Source: Deltaproteobacteria bacterium (GTDB lineage: Bacteria > Myxococcota_A > Polyangia > Fen-1088). From it: 64,000 nucleotides of DNA. The notes beneath the pieces were generated by a model. That model did no database searches and was not told the DNA's origin. It saw nothing but the letters and a program-made list of their open reading frames with translations. Numbering within the stretch: position 1 is the first letter of the stretch; each line of letters starts with the position of its first letter. The translations under genes were made by a program, and so were the position numbers. Positions 38,815 through 48,116 of this stretch are shown here, in pieces. The DNA is taken from NCBI GenBank assembly GCA_033763315.1, contig JANRKS010000022.1, positions 107,166-171,165 on the forward strand, in the 5' to 3' direction.

Positions 38815-40779
38815 TTATCCCTTCGGGAGCTCCACGAAAAATGTGGTCCCCTGATCCACCTGCGATTCAAACCAAATGCGCCCGCCATGGCGCTTCACGA
38901 TTCTTTGGCACACGGCCAAGCCAACGCCACTGCCAGGAAATTTATCGACCGGATGCAAGCGCGAGAAAACTTCAAACACCCGCTGTGCGTTGCCTTCGGA
39001 GATCCCAATGCCGTTGTCAGCCACCAGGACTCTCCACGTATCGGCCTGCTCTTGCGCGCTGACGTGAACCAAAGGAGCCGTATCGGCGCGCCGAAACCGC
39101 AATGCATTGCTGATGATGTTCTGGAACAACTGCATCATTTGCGACTCATCCGCTTTTAGCCGCGGCAGCTTGTCGCACACAATCGTCGCACCATTGTCTG
39201 CGATGCTCTGTCGCAGGTTGGCAAGCACCTGTTGGATAACGCCGTCAAGTTCGATGCTCGTTCGCTGCAGCGAGCCGCGGTCCACTTGGCTGTATTCCAG
39301 AACGCTTCGAATTAAGCCCCGCAATCGATGAGCGCCACTGACCGCAAACTCGATGTATCGTTGAGCTTCTTCGTTCAGTTGTGGCCCATACTTGCGGCTC
39401 AACAAATCCAAAAACGCTGTGATCATGCGCAACGGCTCCTGCAAATCGTGCGAAGCCACGTGTGCAAACAGCGCAAGCTCTTCGTTGCTACGCTGTAAGT
39501 TTGTGGCTCGCAACGTTTGAGCCGTGGCCTTCTCGCGCTCGACCACACGACCTAATTGCACGCCGATTTGATGAAACGTCGCTAGCAGCGTGTTCATCAC
39601 CGCCGGCGTGCGGCGACACCAGAATTTCAGAACGAAAGGAACGTCGGTTCCCGAGACAACTGGAAACGCAAAGCCCACCGTCATCCCCGCATCGGCCAGC
39701 AGCGAACGATGAGGCTCTGGCTCTTCCGTCGCCGACCGCAACACGGCCTTCTTCGATTCAAACGCCCAATACGTCAGCGAGCCCGGCTCCGGCTCCACTT
39801 TCCACTGTTCACTCATCTGGGGCGCGTCGGGATCGTCCTTGAGCAACGGATAAAGCACCAAACGGCCACGCACCTGATCATGGCGATACACGCGCGCGAA
39901 CGTGGCGCCCGATAGCTCGCACACAAGCTCCATCGCCGACCGCAGCGCAAATTCAATGCTGGGAGACTCGTTGGCGGCCGTCGTTACGTTGCGAATCAGA
40001 TCCAACGTTTGCTCGATGAGACGTCGTTCGGTGACGTCACGGACGGTGGCGAGGACGAATGATCCTTGCGATGATTCAATCGGGCTTAAGCTCACGTCCA
40101 CCGGAAACTCTTCGCCATTCTTACGGCGTGCGGACAACACAAGGCCAAGGCCCATCGACCGCACCTGCTTGTTCGAGCTGAAGGCTTGACGATGCTTCTC
40201 ATGTTGGGCTCTGTGACGCAGGGGCAGAAGCGTTTCCACAGTCGCTCCGATTAACTCGTCACGTTCGTAGCCGAAGCACTCCTGCAGCCTGCGATTTACG
40301 AAAACGATCTTACCCGCCGCGTCCACCACCACCACGGAGTCCGGCGTGGCCTCCAAGAATTCTTGCGCGCGCTCTGCGGGCGTGGGCGTTCGCCCCGAGG
40401 TGGCTTGCAATGGCAGCGGTCGGTTCACAGCCACCAAAGACGCCGCCTCGCCCTCCAGCTTCGTCACATGTGACCACACCGGCACATCGAAACCGGCCTT
40501 GTGTCGTTGCAGGACCTCGCCTTCCCAGACACCGCCTTTGCCCAACGCGGCCAACGAAGACTCGCGGCTGTCATCGCGAAAGCGTGTGTGCAATCGTGAC
40601 AGCGGCTGCCCCAACATTTCGTTCGCGGACCAGCCGTAAAGCGCGGTGGCCGCCGTGTTCCAAAACACAACGTGCCCGCGCGCGTTCACGGCCACAATTG
40701 GCACAGCAATTGACCGAAGCAACAGGCGATCGAGGTTACCTCCCTCCGTCGCGCCCCCCGCGCATGCATCCGCATCCAC
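38815..40779 (-). CDS. Cytoplasmic PAS-PAS-GAF histidine kinase
   Basis: Two PAS domains (WN.AA..LYG; G.EFPV.VSLSP...RDVTER); ASHDLQEPLR; DNGIGI; GSGVGLA. Confidence 0.93.
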   Translation of the reverse strand: MDADACAGGATEGGNLDRLLLRSIAVPIVAVNARGHVVFWNTAATALYGWSANEMLGQPLSRLHTRFRDDSRESSLAALGKGGVWEGEVLQRHKAGFDVPVWSHVTKLEGEAASLVAVNRPLPLQATSGRTPTPAERAQEFLEATPDSVVVVDAAGKIVFVNRRLQECFGYERDELIGATVETLLPLRHRAQHEKHRQAFSSNKQVRSMGLGLVLSARRKNGEEFPVDVSLSPIESSQGSFVLATVRDVTERRLIEQTLDLIRNVTTAANESPSIEFALRSAMELVCELSGATFARVYRHDQVRGRLVLYPLLKDDPDAPQMSEQWKVEPEPGSLTYWAFESKKAVLRSATEEPEPHRSLLADAGMTVGFAFPVVSGTDVPFVLKFWCRRTPAVMNTLLATFHQIGVQLGRVVEREKATAQTLRATNLQRSNEELALFAHVASHDLQEPLRMITAFLDLLSRKYGPQLNEEAQRYIEFAVSGAHRLRGLIRSVLEYSQVDRGSLQRTSIELDGVIQQVLANLRQSIADNGATIVCDKLPRLKADESQMMQLFQNIISNALRFRRADTAPLVHVSAQEQADTWRVLVADNGIGISEGNAQRVFEVFSRLHPVDKFPGSGVGLAVCQRIVKRHGGRIWFESQVDQGTTFFVELPKG

Positions 40780-40977
40780 CCGATTATTGTAACTGAATTA
40801 AAGCGGCAGGTAACCTACTTTGCCTATGAGGAAAAAAACGCGGCGTTACGAATTATACCCAGAACAGGCACGCTGGCGCCGGACGGGGTGACCCGCGCTA
40901 CGTCCCTCGCTCAGATGGCCCCTTGGCAGGGGTTTTTCTTTGGCTGTGGTCGGCCTGTTGCGGCCTATAGTTGCAAC

Positions 40978-41889
40978 GTGATTCGACGCCAAATCTTGAA
41001 AGTTTCCGCCACCGCCTTGGGCGCCGCCGCTTACGGGTGGAGCCGCCTTAGCCCCGCCGCCCCCGCCCAACCCGGCCCGCCGCGAGGCAAAGCCAAAGGT
41101 AAACCGATGCAAAAGGTTGTGAAGAACGGGCGTCTTAAGCAGTCCGTTTCGCAATGGTGTTACGGCAAGCTGCCGCTTGATGAGTTGTGCCGCGCGGCCG
41201 CGGACATGGGCCTCAAAGCCATCGATCTTCTGGAGGAGAAGGACTGGGAAACGCCAGCCAAGTTCGGCCTGGTGTGCTCGATGGCTTACGCCGATGGCGG
41301 ATCGATCCCCGAGGGCTTGAACAACAAGGCCAACCACGACGCTATCGTTAAGGGACTCACGGCGAAGATTCCCAAGGCGGCGAAACTGGGCTTACCGAAC
41401 GTGATTACGTTCTTCGGCAACCGACGCGGTATGAACGACGCACAAGCCATCGACAACTGCGTGCTGGGCCTCAACCGCATCAAAGGCATCGCCGAAAGCG
41501 AAGGCGTGACTGTGTGTGTGGAGTTGCTGAACAGCAAAGTGGATCACCACGATTACCACGGTGATCGAACAGCGTTTGGTGTCGAAGTGTGTAAGCGCGT
41601 GAACTCGCCACGCATCAAACTACTTTACGACATCTACCACATGCAGATCATGGAGGGCGATCTCATCCGAACCATCCGCGATAACCAGCAGTGGATCGGG
41701 CATTACCACACCGGGGGCGTTCCGGGACGCCACGAGCTGGACGACACGCAGGAAGTAAATTGGGCCACCGTGTGCAAAGCGATCGTGGACACGGGATACC
41801 AGGGCTACGTTGCGCATGAGTTTGTACCTAAAAACAAAGAGAATCCGTTGCAATCGCTGCGTGAAGCCGCGGCTTTGTGCGACGTCTAA
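40978..41889 (+). CDS. Tat-exported hydroxypyruvate-isomerase-family TIM barrel protein
   Basis: RRQILK; LKQSVSQWCY; ELLNSKVDH; LLYDIYHMQIMEGD; HYHTGGVPGRHE; HEF. Confidence 0.9.
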   Translation: MIRRQILKVSATALGAAAYGWSRLSPAAPAQPGPPRGKAKGKPMQKVVKNGRLKQSVSQWCYGKLPLDELCRAAADMGLKAIDLLEEKDWETPAKFGLVCSMAYADGGSIPEGLNNKANHDAIVKGLTAKIPKAAKLGLPNVITFFGNRRGMNDAQAIDNCVLGLNRIKGIAESEGVTVCVELLNSKVDHHDYHGDRTAFGVEVCKRVNSPRIKLLYDIYHMQIMEGDLIRTIRDNQQWIGHYHTGGVPGRHELDDTQEVNWATVCKAIVDTGYQGYVAHEFVPKNKENPLQSLREAAALCDV

Positions 41890-41895
41890 GCGGGC

Positions 41896-42453
41896 TTAAT
41901 TCGCCGCGGTTTTGGGCGCGTTGGGAAAATCCACAACCAGGAATTTGGTTCCGTCGGGGCCATCTTCCACGCGCGGCGTGGCGGCCACGGCCGATTTGAG
42001 CGAGATGACGATCTCAACGTCGCGCTTATGTTGACGCGTTTTGATCCCCGCCACAGGTGTGTCGAAGAAGCGCGTGTTCAGATCGCGCTCGTTGTTGCGT
42101 AGATGCACGCGGCAGTTGCGTAAGGTCAAAGCCATTGATGTGCCGCCGTCCTTGACGTCGAAAGTGACAGGCACCGTTGTTTGCAAGAACACGCGGCCGC
42201 CGGCTTCGGAGGGCTGAAAGCCTGTCCACACGAGTTTGGGTGGATTCGTGTCAGCCTTCGGCAAGGGATTCTTGTTTGCAGAGCCCGGCGCCACGCCCAC
42301 GTAAGCGTCCGGCGACGCCGCGGGTTCGGGCGCCTTCACGGGTTCACCTTCTGCACGCGCGTCCGCAGCCAACCAGCTGCACACCACCAAGGCTGCCGCG
42401 CTACAGGCACGAACAAAAACAGCACCCTGCGTAGACCGACGTTGCATCTTCAT
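41896..42453 (-). CDS. Secreted AMIN-domain-like protein
   Basis: Signal peptide; GRVFLQ...L.NC.V...NN...L.T.FF.TPV...VVDF. Confidence 0.7.
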   Translation of the reverse strand: MKMQRRSTQGAVFVRACSAAALVVCSWLAADARAEGEPVKAPEPAASPDAYVGVAPGSANKNPLPKADTNPPKLVWTGFQPSEAGGRVFLQTTVPVTFDVKDGGTSMALTLRNCRVHLRNNERDLNTRFFDTPVAGIKTRQHKRDVEIVISLKSAVAATPRVEDGPDGTKFLVVDFPNAPKTAAN

Positions 42454-42537
42454 AGCCGTCCTTCAGGCCTTACATCGGCAGCTTAACGATAGAACTTGCG
42501 GCAGGAGGCTCTTGCGACGCGATGTAGGGCAGCCGCC

Positions 42538-43455
42538 TTACATGGCGGCTTTTTCCAGGGCCGCGTAATGTTTGCCAATTGTCTGCGCCACCTCTTTGTT
42601 GCCTTGCGCTGAGAGGTGCGGCTGTCCGGAGTACATCGAGCACGAAGACACCTCGAACCGGGGCGACACAGTGATAAAGCCGTTTGAGGCATCAGCCAGC
42701 GCCTGCTGGGCTTTGTCGAGGTTCGGCGACACGGTGGTTTCGTTTCCACAATCCTTGTTGCCGGGCCCGCGAACGAACGTCATCAGTTCGATGTTTTTCA
42801 CGTTGGGGTATTTGGCCTTGATGGTGGGAATCGCAGAAGCGATCAACGTCTGCCACGCTTGTTGGCTCGTGCCCAAGTGGTTCCCCGTTTGAGTCACAAA
42901 GATCACGCGATCAGGCGCCTTGCCGCCCGCGCATTTGGATTTTGTTTGGCAATCGTAATATTGGCCTTCGCACGTTTCTTTCCACACAGCGTGCCCGGGA
43001 TTGGCCCAATCTTCCACGAACGAATGGTGCGGCGCTTTGACTTGCCACTTGTCGCCGCTGACCAAAGCTTCAAAGCCGGCCGCAAACCATTCACCCGTGA
43101 CGTTGGGGCCGATGAACGTTGTGCATTCATAACTCGCCTTGGTTTGTGAGCCGCCTGCGGCGTCTGCTCCGGCATCTGGGTTCGCGCTCCCGCCCACGCC
43201 TGCAGTGTTGCTGCCGGCCTTGCCGCCGATGGCCACGCCGCCCGCCCCGCCGCCCGCCGTACCTCCCATCACCATCGCTTGCCCGCCTTTGCCTGCGGCC
43301 TCACCCGCACCACCCGATTCACCACCACCCCCTTGCTCGTCACCGCCTGCGCCGCCCCCGCCCGCTTGATCCGTGCTTTCATTCGAGCTGCTGCAAGCGG
43401 CCGCCAAAGCAGCCAACGTCAATGGCAAAGTGATGAGCATGAGGTTCGTCTTCAT
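42538..43455 (-). CDS. Lipoprotein with Gly-rich linker and an alpha/beta domain
   Basis: LAAAC lipobox; Gly/Ala linker; AGGAAAG RBS; third gene of the DUF1592-DUF1552 operon. Confidence 0.78.
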   Translation of the reverse strand: MKTNLMLITLPLTLAALAAACSSSNESTDQAGGGGAGGDEQGGGGESGGAGEAAGKGGQAMVMGGTAGGGAGGVAIGGKAGSNTAGVGGSANPDAGADAAGGSQTKASYECTTFIGPNVTGEWFAAGFEALVSGDKWQVKAPHHSFVEDWANPGHAVWKETCEGQYYDCQTKSKCAGGKAPDRVIFVTQTGNHLGTSQQAWQTLIASAIPTIKAKYPNVKNIELMTFVRGPGNKDCGNETTVSPNLDKAQQALADASNGFITVSPRFEVSSCSMYSGQPHLSAQGNKEVAQTIGKHYAALEKAAM

Positions 43456-43471
43456 TTCTTTCCTCGATTGA

Positions 43472-44821
43472 CTAGAGCGTAAACAGGCCGGGGATCGGGC
43501 CCTTTGACTTTGTAGGAAAGCCCGTAAGCGTTGTGCCGAACGAAGGTGCAAGCGAAGTCCACACATCATTCGAAGTGAAATCTTGGCCACTCACATCTAG
43601 AACGCGGCCACGCGTTTTCAGGCCCACACCATCACCGCCAAACAACACGAACGGATAGTTGTTGAACGAATGGTTCCAGCCCTCGGAGATTTCGTTGAGG
43701 TACCAAACCAACGTGTTGTCCAAAAGCTTTCCGCCGCCCAAATCCGCGGAGGCCGCCAATTCTTTGATGAATATGGCGGTTTGTTCGGAGTACCACTTGT
43801 CAACCGCACTTAAAGGCCCGCGCGAATTGGCATGTGAGGTTGAGTGATGGTTGTTCGAGCCCAGGGGTCCGAACGACAAACGGCTTGCGCCCGTGGCCCA
43901 TTGAAACGTAGCGACGCGCGTGAGATCGCAGCGAAACGCCGCCGCGAGCAGCTTCAGATGTTGCCCGCCCACCTTGGCGGTATTCGTGTAGTCGCCACCG
44001 GCTTTCGCGGCCATATCGATCGCTGGCTTTGCACACACGGTGCCTTGGGTCTCTGCGGCTTTGAGATCTGCGTCTAGGTTGCGCTCCACTTCACGCACCG
44101 CTGTGGTGTGGGCGTCGAGATCATCTTTGACGGCGCTTGGAAACGCAGACTTGGCGCGATCAAGATCCCACGTGATGAAATCAAGGACGCTTTGCTTGCG
44201 TGCACGCTTGCGCCGCAACTCATCCAAGTTTGTGGCTGTGCCACCCCCGGGCATGATCTCGCTGCCGAACAAACGCTTGTAAACGTCGTAAGGTGTAAGC
44301 GTTGGATAGATCGGTTGCGCGGCCGCAGAATACGACATCGTGACATTCGGGGTTTCGTTGCCCCCGTCTTGATCGCCGTGCGCCCCCAGCTGCACAGAAG
44401 GCACGCGCGCGCCTTTAAGCTCAGCTGAGCGCTTGACGAGCGTTTGGTCCAAAGACTCGGCCGAGCTTTTGTAATCATCATTCGTGCGATCGGTGGGCCC
44501 CAATTTGGCGCCTGTCATGATCGTCACCAGACCGGCTTCGTGGCTGCCGCCGGTGCTACCGTTTGAAGGCCGAACGTTCACGCCCTTCAGAGCCACGGCG
44601 TACGACCACACGTCCGCAAAGGGGCTGAGGATGGGCCCGGGCGCCGAACCTTTGAGCCAATCCTCCGCGATGGTGCCGTTGGGGCGGTGGATCATCACGA
44701 AACGCTTTGGTGCGGTGGCGCCTTCCGCACGCTTGACAGCGGATGCCAGCCAATGCGCCAGCGCCGCGGAGCCGCCGGCCACTTTCAAGAATGAACGCCG
44801 AGACGCACGTGTGGAATTCAT
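43472..44821 (-). CDS. DUF1552-family Tat-exported protein
   Basis: SRRSFLK; PKRF...PNG; SLDQ; SVLD; AFRCDLTRVAT; HHSTSH; LLDNTLV. Confidence 0.88.
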   Translation of the reverse strand: MNSTRASRRSFLKVAGGSAALAHWLASAVKRAEGATAPKRFVMIHRPNGTIAEDWLKGSAPGPILSPFADVWSYAVALKGVNVRPSNGSTGGSHEAGLVTIMTGAKLGPTDRTNDDYKSSAESLDQTLVKRSAELKGARVPSVQLGAHGDQDGGNETPNVTMSYSAAAQPIYPTLTPYDVYKRLFGSEIMPGGGTATNLDELRRKRARKQSVLDFITWDLDRAKSAFPSAVKDDLDAHTTAVREVERNLDADLKAAETQGTVCAKPAIDMAAKAGGDYTNTAKVGGQHLKLLAAAFRCDLTRVATFQWATGASRLSFGPLGSNNHHSTSHANSRGPLSAVDKWYSEQTAIFIKELAASADLGGGKLLDNTLVWYLNEISEGWNHSFNNYPFVLFGGDGVGLKTRGRVLDVSGQDFTSNDVWTSLAPSFGTTLTGFPTKSKGPIPGLFTL

Positions 44822-46539
44822 GGTTGCACTCCTTGGCGATCCCCGAGCGCGGGCCACGTGGCCACGGCGCGCACCAGTTCATTGAAGCTACCGTTGGCCT
44901 TGGTGAAGGCGTCGTTCACAGCCGCAACGGTGCACACATCTTCATCTGCCAAACGCCGCCCCAACGCATAGGACGCAAACTGGCGCGACAAGCATTCACG
45001 CACGGCCCCACTTTCTGCGAGCCTCGCTGACAAATCAACGGCGTCGGTGATCTTCCCGCGCACATCGAAAATACCGGCTTCCCAAACCGAATCGACGGGG
45101 ACATCGCCTTGCGGTGTTTTGATGGTTTCGCGGTACCTGCCGAGCGTGTCGTAGTGCTCGAAGTTCACACCGAACGGATCGAAGTAGGCGTGGCACCCTG
45201 CACAACGTGGCACCATGCTCCGCTTCTCCGCGCGTTCGCGTTCAGTGAAGGTCACCTTCTTGAGTTCTTCAGCACGGGCCAAGTCATCAGCCCCGGGCGG
45301 CGGTGGGAAGAAGCACAAGAGTTCGCGCACCAAAAACACGCCCCTGTGCACAACAGATGATTCATCCGGGGTGGCTTCAAGCGCGTTGAATGCGGCGCGC
45401 GTTAAGAATCCGGCGCGTTGTGTGGCAGGCAACTCCACCTCTTTCCACGTGTCCCCCGCGGGCGCGGGCACGCCATACACAGCCGCCAACTTTGCATCTA
45501 CAGAGGCTTTCCGCGACGTCAACAAGGACTCAATGGTTGGCGTGGGCGACGCGAGCACGGCGCCGATGAAGCTGGTGGCTTCGTTGTGCATCGATTTCAC
45601 AAGCTCGGGTGTGAACTCCTTGAACGATTGATCCTTGTTGGCGTCAAACAACCGATCGAGGTGAAACATGCGCTGCACGATGCTGGAGATGTTCGCCTTC
45701 ACGGCGGGCGTGGCCATCAGGCGATCCACCTGCTTTTTAAGGCCGCTGGCCGTATCCAAGCCGCCATTGAGAGCGGCCTCCCACAGTTCGTCATCGGGCA
45801 AGCCATCGCGAAGGAAGAACGAAACCTTCGCTGCCAATTCAAACGGCGTAAGCTTGCCGGCCTTATCGCCGCTTTGGCCAAGCTCGGTTTGATAAATGAA
45901 CGAAGGTGATTGCAGCGCAGCTTCGATCACCAAACGAATGCCCGCCGCGTAGCCCCCATCCATCGCGCCGGCTTGATAGACGGCCATCAACTTTTCAGTT
46001 TCCATGGCGCTCAACGGACGTCGAAACGCACGTGAGCCGAACTTGCCGATGAACGTCCGAGCACACGTGGCTGAATCGCCTGCGCACGCCACAAGGGGCG
46101 CGCCGGTGGCGGTGGCTCTCGCGGCAAGCTCCTCAACCACACCCTGCAATTTCAAAAACACAGCGCCGTCCAAGGGCGCCGCTTTGTTAGGAATGAAGCT
46201 CTCGCGGCTGCCCGAGGTGGATGCAAACGCGGGCGCGGCCGGCAACGCCAGCAAATCTCGCAGGGCGTTCGCGAGATGGCGGTCCGACAAACGCGTGGTG
46301 CGCTTGGGCAATGTGGGCGAACACGCAGCGGCCGGCCGCCATGTGTCAGAGAACGGATCCGCAGGGAGGTTCTCCTCGGTCCTCTCCTCGAGCGGCCCCG
46401 GCTGGGATTCGCCGCCCGCCCCCGCAGGGCCCGCGGTTGCGTCTTGTTCAACGCTGCCGCTGCAGCTGGCGCAGAGGCCCCAAAGCCCAGACGCAAGCGC
46501 CCACGGCAAAACAACACCCCGACAACTTCTTCCGGACAT
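44818..46539 (-). CDS. DUF1592/DUF1588 family lipoprotein with CxxCH
   Basis: RAFRRPL, LQSPSFIY, PDDEL, R.GFLT, HRG...LLC..PPPP, CAGCH. Confidence 0.88.
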   Translation of the reverse strand: MSGRSCRGVVLPWALASGLWGLCASCSGSVEQDATAGPAGAGGESQPGPLEERTEENLPADPFSDTWRPAAACSPTLPKRTTRLSDRHLANALRDLLALPAAPAFASTSGSRESFIPNKAAPLDGAVFLKLQGVVEELAARATATGAPLVACAGDSATCARTFIGKFGSRAFRRPLSAMETEKLMAVYQAGAMDGGYAAGIRLVIEAALQSPSFIYQTELGQSGDKAGKLTPFELAAKVSFFLRDGLPDDELWEAALNGGLDTASGLKKQVDRLMATPAVKANISSIVQRMFHLDRLFDANKDQSFKEFTPELVKSMHNEATSFIGAVLASPTPTIESLLTSRKASVDAKLAAVYGVPAPAGDTWKEVELPATQRAGFLTRAAFNALEATPDESSVVHRGVFLVRELLCFFPPPPGADDLARAEELKKVTFTERERAEKRSMVPRCAGCHAYFDPFGVNFEHYDTLGRYRETIKTPQGDVPVDSVWEAGIFDVRGKITDAVDLSARLAESGAVRECLSRQFASYALGRRLADEDVCTVAAVNDAFTKANGSFNELVRAVATWPALGDRQGVQP

Positions 46540-46629
46540 GAACTACCTCCGGCAATGCGAGGATCCGAACCCGAAGCTTCGGACTGACCTAAACGACCAG
46601 TGGTCGACTAAACCAGAACGTAAGTAGAC

Positions 46630-46665
46630 ATAACAAAATATAACTTTTCAATAACAAAATGTAAC
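46630..46665. promoter_or_regulatory. Tandem 15-bp direct repeat with 21-bp period
   Basis: ATAACAAAATATAAC (46630-46644) and ATAACAAAATGTAAC (46651-46665): an AT island about 90 bp upstream of the DUF1592 operon. Confidence 0.7.
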
Positions 46666-46712
46666 GTCGAGACTGATCTGGCTTGAGCTGGGATTGGGGG
46701 TCGAGGTTCAGG

Positions 46713-48116
46713 CTAGCCGGCGTGGCCATCGTTCAGGAGGCCACCAATGACCCGGCCCGCCACATCGGTAAGGCGATAGTCGCGGCCGGCGAAGCGGTAG
46801 GTGAGCCGGGTGTGATCGATGCCGAACAGATGCAACAAGGTGGCGTGAAGATCATGAACGTCCATCACGTCCTTCACCGCTTTGAAACCAAACTCGTCGG
46901 TGGCACCGTGGGCTTGGCCTCCCTTGATCCCGGCACCGGCAAGCAACACCGTAAAGCCGAACGGGTTGTGATCGCGGCCTGACGCCGAGCGGATGCCACC
47001 GGGTCCGCCTTGCCCCACTTCCACCACGGGGGTGCGGCCGAACTCGGAGCCTATCACCACCACGGTTTCGTCAAGCAGCCCGCGGCGTCCTAAGTCCGTG
47101 AGTAGCGCTGCGATAGGCTGATCGCTTGTGCGGGCATGGCGGCGGTGCAAGAAGATGTCGTCGTGGTGGTCCCAAGGATTGCCCTTGTCGAAATACACCT
47201 GCACCGATCTTACGCCACGCTCCACAAGCCGACGCGCCAGCAAACAACTGCGCGCAAAGGCACCTTCACCGTAAAGCGCAAGAGTACGCGGATCTTCCCG
47301 GCTGAGGTCAAATGCCTCGGGTGCTTCGCTTTGCATCCGGAAGGCCACCTCCATGCTTTTGATGTGCGCATCGAGCTGTGGATCGCCGCCGCTTGTTGTT
47401 GCGCGAGCCTCGTCCAAGGCGCGTGCCAAAGCCAGTTGTTCGCTTTGGTGCTGCCCGCTGTTGGGGCTCTTCAAATACGCAATGGCATCGCGAGGGTCTT
47501 TCGCGTTTGTGCCAATCAATGTGCCCTGGTGGCTGGAGGGCAAGAACGCGGATCCCCAAAGAGGTGCCCCCACCACAGGTGCGCCCGGTGAAAGCACGAT
47601 GAAACCAGGCAGGTTTTGATTCTCACTGCCAAGCCCATAGGTCAGCCACGAGCCCATCGCGGGACGCCCGGTTTGAACGTGCCCGGTGTTCATCATGAGC
47701 ATGCTGGGCTCATGATTGGGAATAAGGGTGGTCATCGAACGCACCACACATATCTGGTCGATGAGCTTGGCCAGGTGGGGAAACAGTTCGCTTACCGGCA
47801 AGCCGCTTTGGCCGTGACGTGAAAACGAAAACGGCGAACGCATCAACGCGCCTGTCTTGCGTTCGGTCTTCAGATCCCCGCCGGGGTACGGCTTACCATC
47901 GTACTTGTCGAGCGTGGGCTTGGGATCGAAAGTGTCCACCTGTGAGATGCCGCCGTTGAGGAAGATGTGGATGACGTGCTTCGCCCGGGCCGGCTTGTGC
48001 GCCGCCTGCGCTTGCCCCAACAGTGACGACAACCCCAGAATGCCGAAGCCGGCCCCGCTGCGCGCCAGCAACTGACGACGTCCGACCGTGCGAAACAAAC
48101 TGCGATCAATCAACAT
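46713..48116 (-). CDS. DUF1501-family protein
   Basis: RRQLL; AKHVI.IFL.GG.SQVDTFDPKP; CLLARRLVERGVR; WDHH; EFGRTP; GRDHNP; RLTDV.G. Confidence 0.9.
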   Translation of the reverse strand: MLIDRSLFRTVGRRQLLARSGAGFGILGLSSLLGQAQAAHKPARAKHVIHIFLNGGISQVDTFDPKPTLDKYDGKPYPGGDLKTERKTGALMRSPFSFSRHGQSGLPVSELFPHLAKLIDQICVVRSMTTLIPNHEPSMLMMNTGHVQTGRPAMGSWLTYGLGSENQNLPGFIVLSPGAPVVGAPLWGSAFLPSSHQGTLIGTNAKDPRDAIAYLKSPNSGQHQSEQLALARALDEARATTSGGDPQLDAHIKSMEVAFRMQSEAPEAFDLSREDPRTLALYGEGAFARSCLLARRLVERGVRSVQVYFDKGNPWDHHDDIFLHRRHARTSDQPIAALLTDLGRRGLLDETVVVIGSEFGRTPVVEVGQGGPGGIRSASGRDHNPFGFTVLLAGAGIKGGQAHGATDEFGFKAVKDVMDVHDLHATLLHLFGIDHTRLTYRFAGRDYRLTDVAGRVIGGLLNDGHAG

